Virus record (IMG/VR): IMGVR_UViG_3300032305_001732
Span: 1 to 64,000 of that record
Length of the DNA: 64,000 bases
Direction: 5' to 3' (one strand)
DNA from: a virus
Lineage: Duplodnaviria > Caudoviricetes
Below, piece by piece: positions 35,124 to 44,005 of this stretch (position 1 is the first letter of the stretch; the number at the start of each line of letters is the position of its first letter). Position numbers and translations under genes: made by a program. Below the pieces are notes generated by a model that saw only the letters and a list, made by a program, of their open reading frames with translations, searched no databases and was not told where the DNA came from.

Positions 35124-35449
35124 ACGAATACATAATTAATGGCGTAGCTATTGGTTTATTGGTTGGCTACATTGTCGGACGTTTAGACTTTTTGGTCTTT
35201 TTGACTAAGTGCTCGGAGCGCTCTGTAGCAGCATCGCAGGCGTCCGTTATAAATAAACCGCGTAGTTTCTTTGATCAGCCAGAAGAGAAAGCAAAACCTG
35301 CTTTAGACATAGACACGCGCAAGTTTGTAAATCCGGTTAAAACGGATGATTTGACCAAGGCCGCCGACACTAGTCTTGGCAAAACGACTGTGGCGCACGA
35401 TGATATTCAGGCATCGGTATCAAAGCTCGCACAGCTCAAAGGAAAATAA
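35120..35449 (+). CDS. Single-TM protein upstream of actin-like gene
   Basis: N-terminal TM (GVAIGLLVGYIVG), soluble C-terminus ending SVSKLAQLKGK; 1 nt from actin start. Confidence 0.75.
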   Translation: MNEYIINGVAIGLLVGYIVGRLDFLVFLTKCSERSVAASQASVINKPRSFFDQPEEKAKPALDIDTRKFVNPVKTDDLTKAADTSLGKTTVAHDDIQASVSKLAQLKGK

Positions 35450-35450
35450 C

Positions 35451-36455
35451 ATGGCCAAAGGTTTAGACGTCGGTACCTCATTTGTCGTACTTGCGCAGGA
35501 CGGGGCTGAAGGTAATGTGCAGTACAAGGACTTCCGTGACGCGTTTTACGTCATTAAGCCGACAACTCCCGTCGCCACGAAGATGATTGAAAAAGGACTG
35601 CAGGGCAAAATCTTCGTCAAAGACGCTGACGGCAGTTTTATTCTGCTAGGCCAGGACGCTATCGAAAAAGCTGTGGAGCGCAATGATTCTGCTAAGCGCC
35701 CTATGTACCGCGGCGTAGTTAGCCCGAAGGAAAAAGACGCTAAACGTATTTTGGCCTATATCTTGAAAGAAGTAGCCGGAACTGCTGCTGAGCCGGGCGA
35801 GAAGCTTGTTTTCTGTATCCCTGCGCAGCCCGTCGATCAAGAGGACGAAGACTTTGACGTCGGTTATCACGAAGACGTTGTAAAGCTTGTGCTATCCGAA
35901 GTTGGTTACGCAGCTAGGGCAATTAACGAAGCAGAAGCGCTGTGTTACTCAGAGTTTGAGAACGACGATTACACGGGTATTGCGTTGTCTTGGGGCGCTG
36001 GCATGGTAAATTGCTGCGTCATGCTTAATGGCGAACCAACTGTTATGTTCTCGACCACCAAATCCGGCGACTGGGTTGATCGAATGTCAGCCGTCGCTGT
36101 AAATGTTCCTGATAGCGTAGTGCAGGCTGAAAAAGAGCATGGCGTATTTAAAGTCGGCGAGCCCAACGACAATCCGACTTTGGCAGCCGTGGCGTCATAT
36201 TATGAGCGCTTAGTAGACTACACGGCTAAACAGCTTACACACGCACTGACTGGTCATAAGTTACTGCCGCAATTTAAACACCCGCTGCCGGTTGCTGTTG
36301 CTGGCGGTACAAGCAAAGCTGACGGTTTTGTTGCCGCTTTTTCCGCTAAACTACAAGAGAGTGGTTTTCCGCTCGCCATTAAAGAGGTCCGCCACGCTGC
36401 TGACCCACTCCACGCTGTAGCCCGCGGCTGTCTAATCGCAGCCAAGATTTTATAA
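35451..36455 (+). CDS. Actin-like ATPase (salactin/MamK/MreB-related)
   Basis: MAKGLDVGTS (phosphate 1), RPMYRG, INEAEA, GIALSWGAGMVN (phosphate 2), GDWVD, VAGGTS (adenosine), DPLHAVARG. Confidence 0.9.
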   Translation: MAKGLDVGTSFVVLAQDGAEGNVQYKDFRDAFYVIKPTTPVATKMIEKGLQGKIFVKDADGSFILLGQDAIEKAVERNDSAKRPMYRGVVSPKEKDAKRILAYILKEVAGTAAEPGEKLVFCIPAQPVDQEDEDFDVGYHEDVVKLVLSEVGYAARAINEAEALCYSEFENDDYTGIALSWGAGMVNCCVMLNGEPTVMFSTTKSGDWVDRMSAVAVNVPDSVVQAEKEHGVFKVGEPNDNPTLAAVASYYERLVDYTAKQLTHALTGHKLLPQFKHPLPVAVAGGTSKADGFVAAFSAKLQESGFPLAIKEVRHAADPLHAVARGCLIAAKIL

Positions 36456-36479
36456 CCGTTTCGGGTTACGTATACGCGC

Positions 36480-36488
36480 TGTTAAAAT
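36480..36488 (+). promoter_or_regulatory. Extended -10 promoter
   Basis: TG-T-TAAAAT 5 nt before structured RNA. Confidence 0.55.
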
Positions 36489-36492
36489 GAGT

Positions 36493-36714
36493 TTGTCGTA
36501 AGTTAGTCGTGGTGGCCGGCTGGTTAGCGTTAGGGTGTTAAGCAGGGATGTGAGACGCCCTAATAGGAATCCGTGGTCAGGCTGCGGCCGCGCTCACGGT
36601 TGGTGGAGCAATGAATGCCGCACGAGGTTGAGTTTACACCTTAGAAAGTCATTGCTTTGCCCCGGTTCGCCGGGGTTCGGTCCTGTGGAAGGGGATCACA
36701 GGGGCTTACGACAA
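36493..36714 (+). ncRNA. ~220-nt multibranched structured RNA upstream of holin-like gene
   Basis: 11-bp closing stem TTGTCGTAAGT/GCTTACGACAA; internal 10-bp, 8-bp, 6-bp (TTCG loop) and further helices; followed by T-rich run. Confidence 0.7.
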
Positions 36715-36737
36715 CCTTTTTAACAGAGAGTCAAAAC

Positions 36738-37097
36738 ATGGTAGACGAATATATGCATTCGTTAACTGTGTTTTTAAGTGCGTTCGGCGTCTCGGCCTTC
36801 GCTGGTCTTGCTACGCTATTACGGTTTTCGCGCAGGCAGGTATCAAAGATTTCAGTTTTTAGCGCTATGTTAAACGCCGGCTTTTTAGGGCTGGCTATTG
36901 CTTTAATTTGGTATCAGAATTATCGAAAAGCCGAAAACATTCACGGATTAATAGGTATTTGTGTTCTTGCCGGAATGGGTGGTTCCACGCTGACCGATTT
37001 GTTAATATCTCTATTAGCAGGAGCCGGCATAAAAGTCATCATTACCCACGAACGCGACGACCACGGGAGGCCAGACGATGACACAGGAAATTCGTAA
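36738..37097 (+). CDS. Holin-like 3-TM protein (LydA-like)
   Basis: Three TM segments with GVSAFAG / AGFLGL / LAGMGG motifs, charged C-terminus. Confidence 0.55.
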   Translation: MVDEYMHSLTVFLSAFGVSAFAGLATLLRFSRRQVSKISVFSAMLNAGFLGLAIALIWYQNYRKAENIHGLIGICVLAGMGGSTLTDLLISLLAGAGIKVIITHERDDHGRPDDDTGNS

Positions 37098-37233
37098 AGA
37101 CCTGAGCGTAGCGGCAATTATGGCGACAATGGTGTGCGCCGCTTTATTGCTTATTTCGGCTAGGGCAGCTGCGGAACACGGCGCACCAGAAACGTCGGCT
37201 AAAAACCCTGAAATTTCCGCCCTTCCGCGCTAA
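37078..37233 (+). CDS. Small single-TM protein (51 aa)
   Basis: GGGAGG RBS; MTQEIRKDLSVAAIMATMVCAALLLISARAA...; not in ORF track (short). Confidence 0.55.
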   Translation: MTQEIRKDLSVAAIMATMVCAALLLISARAAAEHGAPETSAKNPEISALPR

Positions 37234-37253
37234 TACTGCACACAGGGCCGAAC

Positions 37254-38651
37254 ATGGACGGATTGTCTGTTTTATACCAGTCGACGCATTCGGCGCCGTT
37301 GTACAACATCGGTAACGCGTATGGCTGGCTAGCTAAATCGTCTAAAACAGCTAGCGCTGAATACCATCTATCCGGCCGGCTTTATTTAGCTAAAAGCGGC
37401 TGGCTTCTTTTATCTGTGCCAAATGCTCTCGTCCGTGGCGTATTTGACGCTATGTCACATGCCGGCGCTGAGCTGCCGCTTGCTGGCACTATGAATGTGC
37501 CCAACGTAGATAAAGAGCTTTTAAACGCGCATATCTCGGTTATGACGGCCGATGACGTAGAAGCTATTGGCGCTAACAAGATCAACGAGCGTGGGCATTC
37601 TTTTAAGTACGCGTTAGGCCACGTCAAAGAGCTTACGCCCGGCAACATTGACGGGGTTAGCAAAATTTGGGCTATTCAGATCGCGAGCCCAGAGCTGTCG
37701 GCCTTGCGCAAAAGCTATGGGTTGTCTGCGTTGCCTAAAGACGAGCCATTCCACATTACTGTAGCTGTGCGCCGTAAGAACGTGCTGCGCGAGAACGACG
37801 TTAGCAAGTTTGATACAGCTTCTGGCCGCGGGGAGCTAAAAGCGGCCGCAGACGCCGAAACTACGTATGAGTGCAATTGCGCTGGCCACTGCACCTGCCC
37901 GCCTAACTGCGTGTGCAAGAAATCCTGCTGCAAACCATCTAAAACAGCCGCCGACCTTATTCCTGGCGGCGCGGCGGACAACGTACCCGACAGTAAGTTC
38001 CCTAAAAAAGATTTAGCTTTAGGAGTCAAAGATGAGCGAGAACATACAAGCAATGATCAAATCGCCAAAGAAATTGCCAAAGATCATTTGCAAGAAGACC
38101 CCTCCTACTACGAAAAAGAAAAGCTGAAATCTGTAGGCAAAACACCGCAAATTATCTTACAACTACGTGCTGCAAAAGAGCATTCAGATAACAAGCGGTA
38201 TGACCAGAAAAACCACATTTTGCGGCAATTAATATCAGCCGCTCCGCAGGATTGGGTTGTCGATGATCCGAAACCTTACCATATGGGCATCACCCACGCC
38301 CCGACTAAATTTAAATTTCACGCTGATCCGAAGATAATTCCGCCTGTTGTGCCGGTAAGCAAAGCCGCGTCGAATAACCCGTATATTGCGCAACTATTTG
38401 CTACCCCGCCTAGTATGACTCCCGGCAATACTACTTGGCAGAATGTTGTGCAGCATTTGCGCAATGTTAAGACACGCGGAGATCGTCAGGCGTTTGCAGA
38501 ACAGAACACGCAAGGTTTATTGGCAGAACTCGACCCTGAATACAAGAAGAAATTGCACGCGCAGATTGCCAGCAAGAATTATCCGCGGCCCGATTTTTTA
38601 ACTAGGATGATTCAACAACACGGAGACAGCGCGTTGAACGCTGTGTCGTGA
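37254..38651 (+). CDS. Polyprotein-like: 2H phosphoesterase + Cys-rich peptide + DUF5661-like + further modules
   Basis: AHISV (37530) and FHITV (37752) 2H motifs; CNCAGHCTCPPNCVCKKSCC; PGGAADN...EHT...AKEIAKDHL.EDP.YY; K-x-A at 37344, 37839, 37941, 38361. Confidence 0.75.
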   Translation: MDGLSVLYQSTHSAPLYNIGNAYGWLAKSSKTASAEYHLSGRLYLAKSGWLLLSVPNALVRGVFDAMSHAGAELPLAGTMNVPNVDKELLNAHISVMTADDVEAIGANKINERGHSFKYALGHVKELTPGNIDGVSKIWAIQIASPELSALRKSYGLSALPKDEPFHITVAVRRKNVLRENDVSKFDTASGRGELKAAADAETTYECNCAGHCTCPPNCVCKKSCCKPSKTAADLIPGGAADNVPDSKFPKKDLALGVKDEREHTSNDQIAKEIAKDHLQEDPSYYEKEKLKSVGKTPQIILQLRAAKEHSDNKRYDQKNHILRQLISAAPQDWVVDDPKPYHMGITHAPTKFKFHADPKIIPPVVPVSKAASNNPYIAQLFATPPSMTPGNTTWQNVVQHLRNVKTRGDRQAFAEQNTQGLLAELDPEYKKKLHAQIASKNYPRPDFLTRMIQQHGDSALNAVS

Positions 38652-38652
38652 T

Positions 38653-38964
38653 ATGGCAGGCCCGATTATTACGAAAATCAAATCGTGGCTGTTTCCAGAA
38701 AAGCCAAAACCGGTCGAGCCTACGGCTGTTCCGGCGCAAACCCCGCCCGCACCGCCGGTTGTCGAGCCGAGTAATTTACAGTTTCTTAACTATATTCGCG
38801 CTTTAATGATTTTGCGCGATACGCCGCTTAAAAAACTACGAGAAGAGTTTTTTAAGCTGCCCCTTGATCGCTTGACTTGGTTTGCTGGTTGCTTAATTTG
38901 GCTTTATATGTCGTATGCTTTTTTGCGGTGGTTTATTCTGCGTGTGGTGCTTGGTCAGTTCTAG
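38653..38964 (+). CDS. Small membrane protein
   Basis: Pro-rich N-terminus, C-terminal TM. Confidence 0.65.
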   Translation: MAGPIITKIKSWLFPEKPKPVEPTAVPAQTPPAPPVVEPSNLQFLNYIRALMILRDTPLKKLREEFFKLPLDRLTWFAGCLIWLYMSYAFLRWFILRVVLGQF

Positions 38965-38988
38965 CAGCCAATTTTGTACAATAAAAGC

Positions 38989-40005
38989 ATGACAGCAATT
39001 TCTTCTAAGACTGCCCTTGCAGAGTGGCAGCAGGTGCCGGCTCGAGTCGCCAGGCTTTTGCCGATGGCGGCTGCGTTGCGTCATGCCCACGATAAAGCAG
39101 CCGCAGCAACAGGGCTATTGCAGCTGGCCGCTGTCAGCTGGGAGCCGGAAACCGCAAAGGTATTTGTTCATACAGCGCACCCGCAAACTGAGTACACGAA
39201 AAAAGCGTACTCGGACAAATTAGACGGCGAAGTGACATTTTTAACTACAGCGCCATCGACCGAGGCTGTTGTAGTCAAACTTGCTGAAACGTGGTTCCCG
39301 CAGATCGGGGAAGCTTGGCACGGCGCAAATAAAATGGTTGGCGGGCCTACGCCGCTATCAAATGCTATCGTGTCTGGATTAGCGCTCGGCGGCCTTGGCT
39401 ATGGCGCAGGCGCACTAGTTGAGAATCTGTTCCCAGAGCGTTACATAGAGCGCGGCCAATTGCGTAAACCGCTTGCCGCGTTAGGTGGTTTAGGTGGCTT
39501 AGGTATTGGCGCAATGAATGCCGACGCGTTGGCGAAAATACCCGAGCTGAATAAAAATTTTTGGCAGGCGTGGTTAATCAACACGGATAAAACAAAAATA
39601 CCGGAACCAGTTAAAGCTGCTAATTTTGCTTTGCACTCAAACATTCGCGCGCCGATAATCAAGGTTGATGCCTTTAATCGCGCTGTGTGGTCTGATGCTA
39701 GCCGCGGCTTTGACCAAACTGGGATTGTTGGCGATGGTGGATTCACAGCGCCGCGAGTCGCCGCCGCTACTACAGGAATTGTTTCCGGCATAGCGGCACA
39801 ATCGCGGTCGTCAATTATCAGCCCGGCTCACGTTATAACAGGTTTAGCGTCCGCGGGCGTCGGGTTGGCCACTGCTAGCCTTGCCGGTAGAACTCTTGGC
39901 GCGTTGGCTGGATTAACGCCAAGCGCACAAGAAAAAATACAAGATCTTGGGTTGTGGGGCGGGATGTTGAATGCTGTAATCCCGCCACTCTTTAGCGGAC
40001 GTTAA
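38989..40005 (+). CDS. Putative virion protein with K-x-A motifs and glycine zippers
   Basis: KTAL, KLAE, KAAN; GLALGGLGYGAG, ALGGLGGLGIG; TGTACAAT upstream. Confidence 0.75.
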   Translation: MTAISSKTALAEWQQVPARVARLLPMAAALRHAHDKAAAATGLLQLAAVSWEPETAKVFVHTAHPQTEYTKKAYSDKLDGEVTFLTTAPSTEAVVVKLAETWFPQIGEAWHGANKMVGGPTPLSNAIVSGLALGGLGYGAGALVENLFPERYIERGQLRKPLAALGGLGGLGIGAMNADALAKIPELNKNFWQAWLINTDKTKIPEPVKAANFALHSNIRAPIIKVDAFNRAVWSDASRGFDQTGIVGDGGFTAPRVAAATTGIVSGIAAQSRSSIISPAHVITGLASAGVGLATASLAGRTLGALAGLTPSAQEKIQDLGLWGGMLNAVIPPLFSGR

Positions 40006-40067
40006 ATTTTTGCTTGTGGCGCATACGCAATTTGGCACAATAGGTAGATTCTTATAAGGAGCAATTT

Positions 40068-40469
40068 ATGGCAAAACTTTCAACTGATCGCGTTGCGGCG
40101 ATGACCGAGGCTTTAAACGCGCTGCCGGTAGAAGAAGTGCGTATGTTAGAGTCTGCTGACAACGCAGTCAGCGGGCAGTGGATTACGCCAGAGTTTCTTT
40201 CGCTTCTCGCTACTGTGGCTGTTAATCTTGTCACTGCGGCAACCGTGGTTGGCTGGATTGACGCTACGCAAGCGCAAGAACTGGCAAAAGCCGTGTCAGC
40301 GATTATTGCCGCTGTGAGCGTTATTAGCGTTAACGGGCTTGTCGTGTGGAAGTATCTGGCTGGCCGTAACGAATTACAATCGCAAAAAATTCAGGCGCAA
40401 TACCGCTACTTAGAGGTTGTCGCGTCTGAGCGTATTCAATGGGCGGCTAAACCAGCCTCACGCCGATGA
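40068..40469 (+). CDS. Two-TM holin-like/membrane protein
   Basis: Two hydrophobic helices; AAGGAG RBS. Confidence 0.6.
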   Translation: MAKLSTDRVAAMTEALNALPVEEVRMLESADNAVSGQWITPEFLSLLATVAVNLVTAATVVGWIDATQAQELAKAVSAIIAAVSVISVNGLVVWKYLAGRNELQSQKIQAQYRYLEVVASERIQWAAKPASRR

Positions 40470-40873
40470 CTGAACAAGAACTGCACAATCGGATCGAGTC
40501 GAGCCAGGCGCTACGGCGGGCAAAGGAGACGTTGTCTAACGAAGTCTCTTTTCGCGCTGGTCCGTCGGCTCGATTCGATCCGATTACAATAATCATGATT
40601 ATCTCGGTTATCGTGCAAGTACTTGCGTACTGCCGCAGTCGAAGAACATCAGATTTAATAATTGCCGATATCAAGAATGCGCGGGCGTTACCGCGGTGGC
40701 GTACGCGTAGATTACGCCAAAAACTAAATAAGCTGTGGGACGAATATTGCAATGGCGAAGAGGAGTGCGACGATAACGCATTTTTATCCTCAACGCTAGA
40801 CTTTGCCGAAACAGCAACTGACGAGGAAATACACGAAGTTATGGCCCTCGCCGCCGAACAGCACAATACTTAA
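40466..40873 (+). CDS. Single-TM hypothetical protein
   Basis: FDPITIIMIISVIVQVLAYC TM segment. Confidence 0.7.
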   Translation: MTEQELHNRIESSQALRRAKETLSNEVSFRAGPSARFDPITIIMIISVIVQVLAYCRSRRTSDLIIADIKNARALPRWRTRRLRQKLNKLWDEYCNGEEECDDNAFLSSTLDFAETATDEEIHEVMALAAEQHNT

Positions 40874-40889
40874 ACGCAGGGAGGCGTTT

Positions 40890-41699
40890 GTGGCAAAAAA
40901 ATCAAAAGACAAAAACATTCTGTCGACGCAAGAAATTCTGCGTAAACTTCATGCTTACGGGTATTTTGGTAAGCAGCCATGGACTACGACGAAGAAAACA
41001 AGCGGTAAAGCTCTAGAAGCCGCCGTACGCGAGTACCAGAAGTTTAATGGCTTAGAGCCCACTGGTGTCGTGGGCACGCGTACCGCGCATACTCTTGGGC
41101 ATTATCGTTGCGGCTTGCCTGATTTTAATCTGACGTCTGGCGACAGCCCATGTAAGTGGCCGCACGCCAATATTACGTATTACTCTGAGCTGCAACTCCC
41201 CGGCGTGAGCGCTGAACAAGTGCAGCTTGCGTATGACACTGCGTTTGCTCAATGGGCTGCAGTATGTGATATCAATCCTGTACGAGTCGACTCGGCTGGT
41301 AAAGCTAATATTTACGCGCGTTCTGGTAAGGGAAAATCCGTCAATCTCGATGATCGCGGCGGTACGTTAGCGTGGAGTGAGTTACCGTGCGGCGTTACGG
41401 AACAAATGCAGCTTGACCAAATGTACGACGAAGCGGAAGATTGGTCTTTTGACATGGCTGTTGCCGTTATTTGTCACGAGCTCGGCCACGCATTGGGGTT
41501 GGCGCATCTTAGTCGCGGTAATTTAATGGCGCCTTACTACAACCCAAATGTGCGCGCTCCGCAAAAAGGCGATATTGAGGAGATGGTGGCGCTTTACGGT
41601 AAACGTAAAAAGGCTGCGCAAACAGCCCAAAGCGGCATTCAAGTTGCGGGTACAATTATGTTGAACGGGCAGCCCTACATGCTAGTTCCACAATTCTGA
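40890..41699 (+). CDS. Matrixin (M10/MMP-like) metalloprotease with PG-binding-like prodomain and cysteine switch
   Basis: EAAVREYQKFNGLEPTGVV (PG_binding_1-like), RCGLPD (Cys switch), HELGHALGLAH, LMAPYY Met-turn; GTG start with GGGAGG. Confidence 0.9.
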   Translation: MAKKSKDKNILSTQEILRKLHAYGYFGKQPWTTTKKTSGKALEAAVREYQKFNGLEPTGVVGTRTAHTLGHYRCGLPDFNLTSGDSPCKWPHANITYYSELQLPGVSAEQVQLAYDTAFAQWAAVCDINPVRVDSAGKANIYARSGKGKSVNLDDRGGTLAWSELPCGVTEQMQLDQMYDEAEDWSFDMAVAVICHELGHALGLAHLSRGNLMAPYYNPNVRAPQKGDIEEMVALYGKRKKAAQTAQSGIQVAGTIMLNGQPYMLVPQF

Positions 41700-41747
41700 C
41701 ATTCTGATATACTGACGCCACACGACAAATTTGACATGGAGGTCTTT

Positions 41748-42053
41748 ATGACGACGTTTCAGTTAGCCGCTATCGGCTTATTCTTAGTCGCTCTGGTAAT
41801 TAACTACGGGCGGCAGATTCGGAGCGCGCTGCAGACATTGGTCAGCCGCTTTTATTTCCCTCCGGCTGCGCAGGCTGTTCCGGCCGTGGTTCCGGTAGCG
41901 CCGCCTGCCGTGCAGCCGTCTACTGCTTATACTGTTAACGATTTAGTTACAGTCACAGCGCTCCGTGACCGCCTCGCCGCCATTGGCTGCGTCGAGGGTG
42001 TTGACGCCTGCAAAATGCTTATTCGTATCATGATCGAGTTCAAGTTATCCTGA
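41748..42053 (+). CDS. Single-TM hypothetical protein
   Basis: GGAGG RBS; N-terminal TM; TGATATACT upstream. Confidence 0.7.
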   Translation: MTTFQLAAIGLFLVALVINYGRQIRSALQTLVSRFYFPPAAQAVPAVVPVAPPAVQPSTAYTVNDLVTVTALRDRLAAIGCVEGVDACKMLIRIMIEFKLS

Positions 42054-42062
42054 GGGTGACGT

Positions 42063-42491
42063 ATGAAAAATTTTGTATGGCTCGCTGCCGCGCTATTGAT
42101 TTTGTCTTTTGTGTACCCAAACGGCCCGACGCTTCCAGTCACGCCGGCTGTAGCGCCAGACGGTCCCACTGACTCCGCGTTGCTCAAAATACTTGCGGCA
42201 GCGTCGCCTGCGGAAAAGGCACGTGTTCGCGATGTTTACACAGCACTTTGCGCTGTGCTGACTCGTGACGCAGGTAAGCGTCTCACAACGACAGAGCAGT
42301 GGGCTGAACTGCATGCTCGTACGTTGCAATTAGCCATCGACACTCCGGGCAAATATCCGGGACTCGACGAAGCAATTGAAACAGTTTTTAAGACAACTGT
42401 TGGAACGGACGACGTGTTGCCTGGCAACGAAGATACCCGCAAAAAGCTTATTTCTGCTTGCGAAATTATTTCTAACACAGCGAGTCGTTAA
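42063..42491 (+). CDS. Exported/membrane-anchored hypothetical protein
   Basis: Signal/TM MKNFVWLAAALLILSF then Pro-rich linker. Confidence 0.75.
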   Translation: MKNFVWLAAALLILSFVYPNGPTLPVTPAVAPDGPTDSALLKILAAASPAEKARVRDVYTALCAVLTRDAGKRLTTTEQWAELHARTLQLAIDTPGKYPGLDEAIETVFKTTVGTDDVLPGNEDTRKKLISACEIISNTASR

Positions 42492-42953
42492 ATGTCTGCG
42501 CCGGTTGCGTTACTTATTTTTTTGTGCGCTGTTGTCGTGTTGATGTTGTTTGCGAAGTTGGTTGACGAGTTGCGTGTTCGTCGCATTCGTCAGCCGCAAT
42601 TTTTTTACGAACAGCAAGGAGACGATCCTATGACTGATTCCTTAACCTATACTATTGTGGCTGCGCCCGTTGTAGACGGCGACGTGGTTGAGCGGTTGCT
42701 TACGATTGTTGTGAATGGCGAAGACCAGGGCACGGCAGCGTTCCCTGCGACCGCTACAGAGCTTAGCGCGTTTACAGTTCCGCAGGACGCTAACGTAGTT
42801 TTGACGCTCGTTGATGTTGACGACGCCGGTAACAAGTCTGCCCCCGCTGTTGTTGAGTTTGTTGCGGCTGATACGCTGCCGCCAGCTCAGCCGGGCGCAA
42901 TCACTGTTACGCTAGTGGGCGAGAAGACAAATTCGCCGTCTGACGAAGTCTGA
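42492..42953 (+). CDS. TM-anchored beta-sandwich-like protein (in-frame internal start at 42630)
   Basis: N-terminal TM; AAGGAG RBS before internal ATG; VDVDDAGNKS...DTLPPAQPG Fn3/Ig-like motif. Confidence 0.65.
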   Translation: MSAPVALLIFLCAVVVLMLFAKLVDELRVRRIRQPQFFYEQQGDDPMTDSLTYTIVAAPVVDGDVVERLLTIVVNGEDQGTAAFPATATELSAFTVPQDANVVLTLVDVDDAGNKSAPAVVEFVAADTLPPAQPGAITVTLVGEKTNSPSDEV

Positions 42954-42970
42954 CATTTAAGGGAGCTGCC

Positions 42971-43996
42971 ATGGCTGATACTGAATTTTCTTTCGAAAAC
43001 GTATATGACGTCGTAGAGTCTTATGAAAAGGGCTTTATTGGCGCAGTATGCGACCCAGTGGCAACAGAAAAACTGCAGGCTGATATTGCGGCAGCCGGCG
43101 GTTTGCCACAGGGAGCTATGGCGTGCTCTGCTTATGGCTTAGAGGACTCCGGGAAGGGCAAGCTTAGTCTGCCCTTCCTGGAGATCCTCAAGCTTTATCC
43201 GGACTCGTTACCGGGAGGCGCGCAGGGCCGTGGAGACTGTGTTTCATGGTCTACGCGAAACGCTGGCTTAACAACCATGTGTTGTGACATAACGAGTGGT
43301 ACCCCAGACGAGGCAAGCGGTAAGTTGGAAGGCGCTCCCGAGGTTAGCGACACTGCTCGCCTCGCAGGCGTCCTCAGCACCGAAGCGATTTACAATTGGC
43401 GCCGTCACGGAGGCGACGGCTGGTCATGCTCAGAAGCAGCTTGCGTTGTGCTTAAAGACAGTGGGCTGTGGCTGCGCAAAAAGTATGAAGAAATTGACGT
43501 TGATTTTACTGCATACAGCTCTCGTAACGCTGGCATCTACGGATCTAAAACTCCGCCGGATTCGTGGCGTAAGATCGGCGCTGATCATTTAATTAGAACA
43601 GCCACAGTTCTCGACACATACGAGCAGCTCCGCGACATGCTCGCCAACGGTTATGGTGTGAGTAGCTGCGGTGGTGAAGGCTTCTCATCTGTCCGTGATT
43701 TAAATGGTGTAAGTAACCGATCGGGCTCTTGGGCCCATGCGCTCGCTTATATCGCAGTTGACGACCGCCCAGAAATTATTAACATTTACGGCGAGCCATT
43801 AATAGCGGTCCAAAACAGCTGGGGAAATTGGAATGACGGTGGCCGCCGAATATTCGGTACGTTTGTCGATATTCCAGTTGGCTCGTTTTGGGCTCGCTGG
43901 TCTGACATTAAAAATCGCGACATGATCGCGTTGTCTGGTGTAAACGGGTGGCCGCCTAAGAAGCTAAAGAGCTACGGCGCGCGTGGGAACATTTAA
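42971..43996 (+). CDS. Papain-like (C1) cysteine protease
   Basis: QGRGDCVSW (oxyanion Gln + catalytic Cys), WAHAL (His), QNSWG (Asn). Confidence 0.85.
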   Translation: MADTEFSFENVYDVVESYEKGFIGAVCDPVATEKLQADIAAAGGLPQGAMACSAYGLEDSGKGKLSLPFLEILKLYPDSLPGGAQGRGDCVSWSTRNAGLTTMCCDITSGTPDEASGKLEGAPEVSDTARLAGVLSTEAIYNWRRHGGDGWSCSEAACVVLKDSGLWLRKKYEEIDVDFTAYSSRNAGIYGSKTPPDSWRKIGADHLIRTATVLDTYEQLRDMLANGYGVSSCGGEGFSSVRDLNGVSNRSGSWAHALAYIAVDDRPEIINIYGEPLIAVQNSWGNWNDGGRRIFGTFVDIPVGSFWARWSDIKNRDMIALSGVNGWPPKKLKSYGARGNI

Positions 43997-44005
43997 GGAA
44001 TAATC

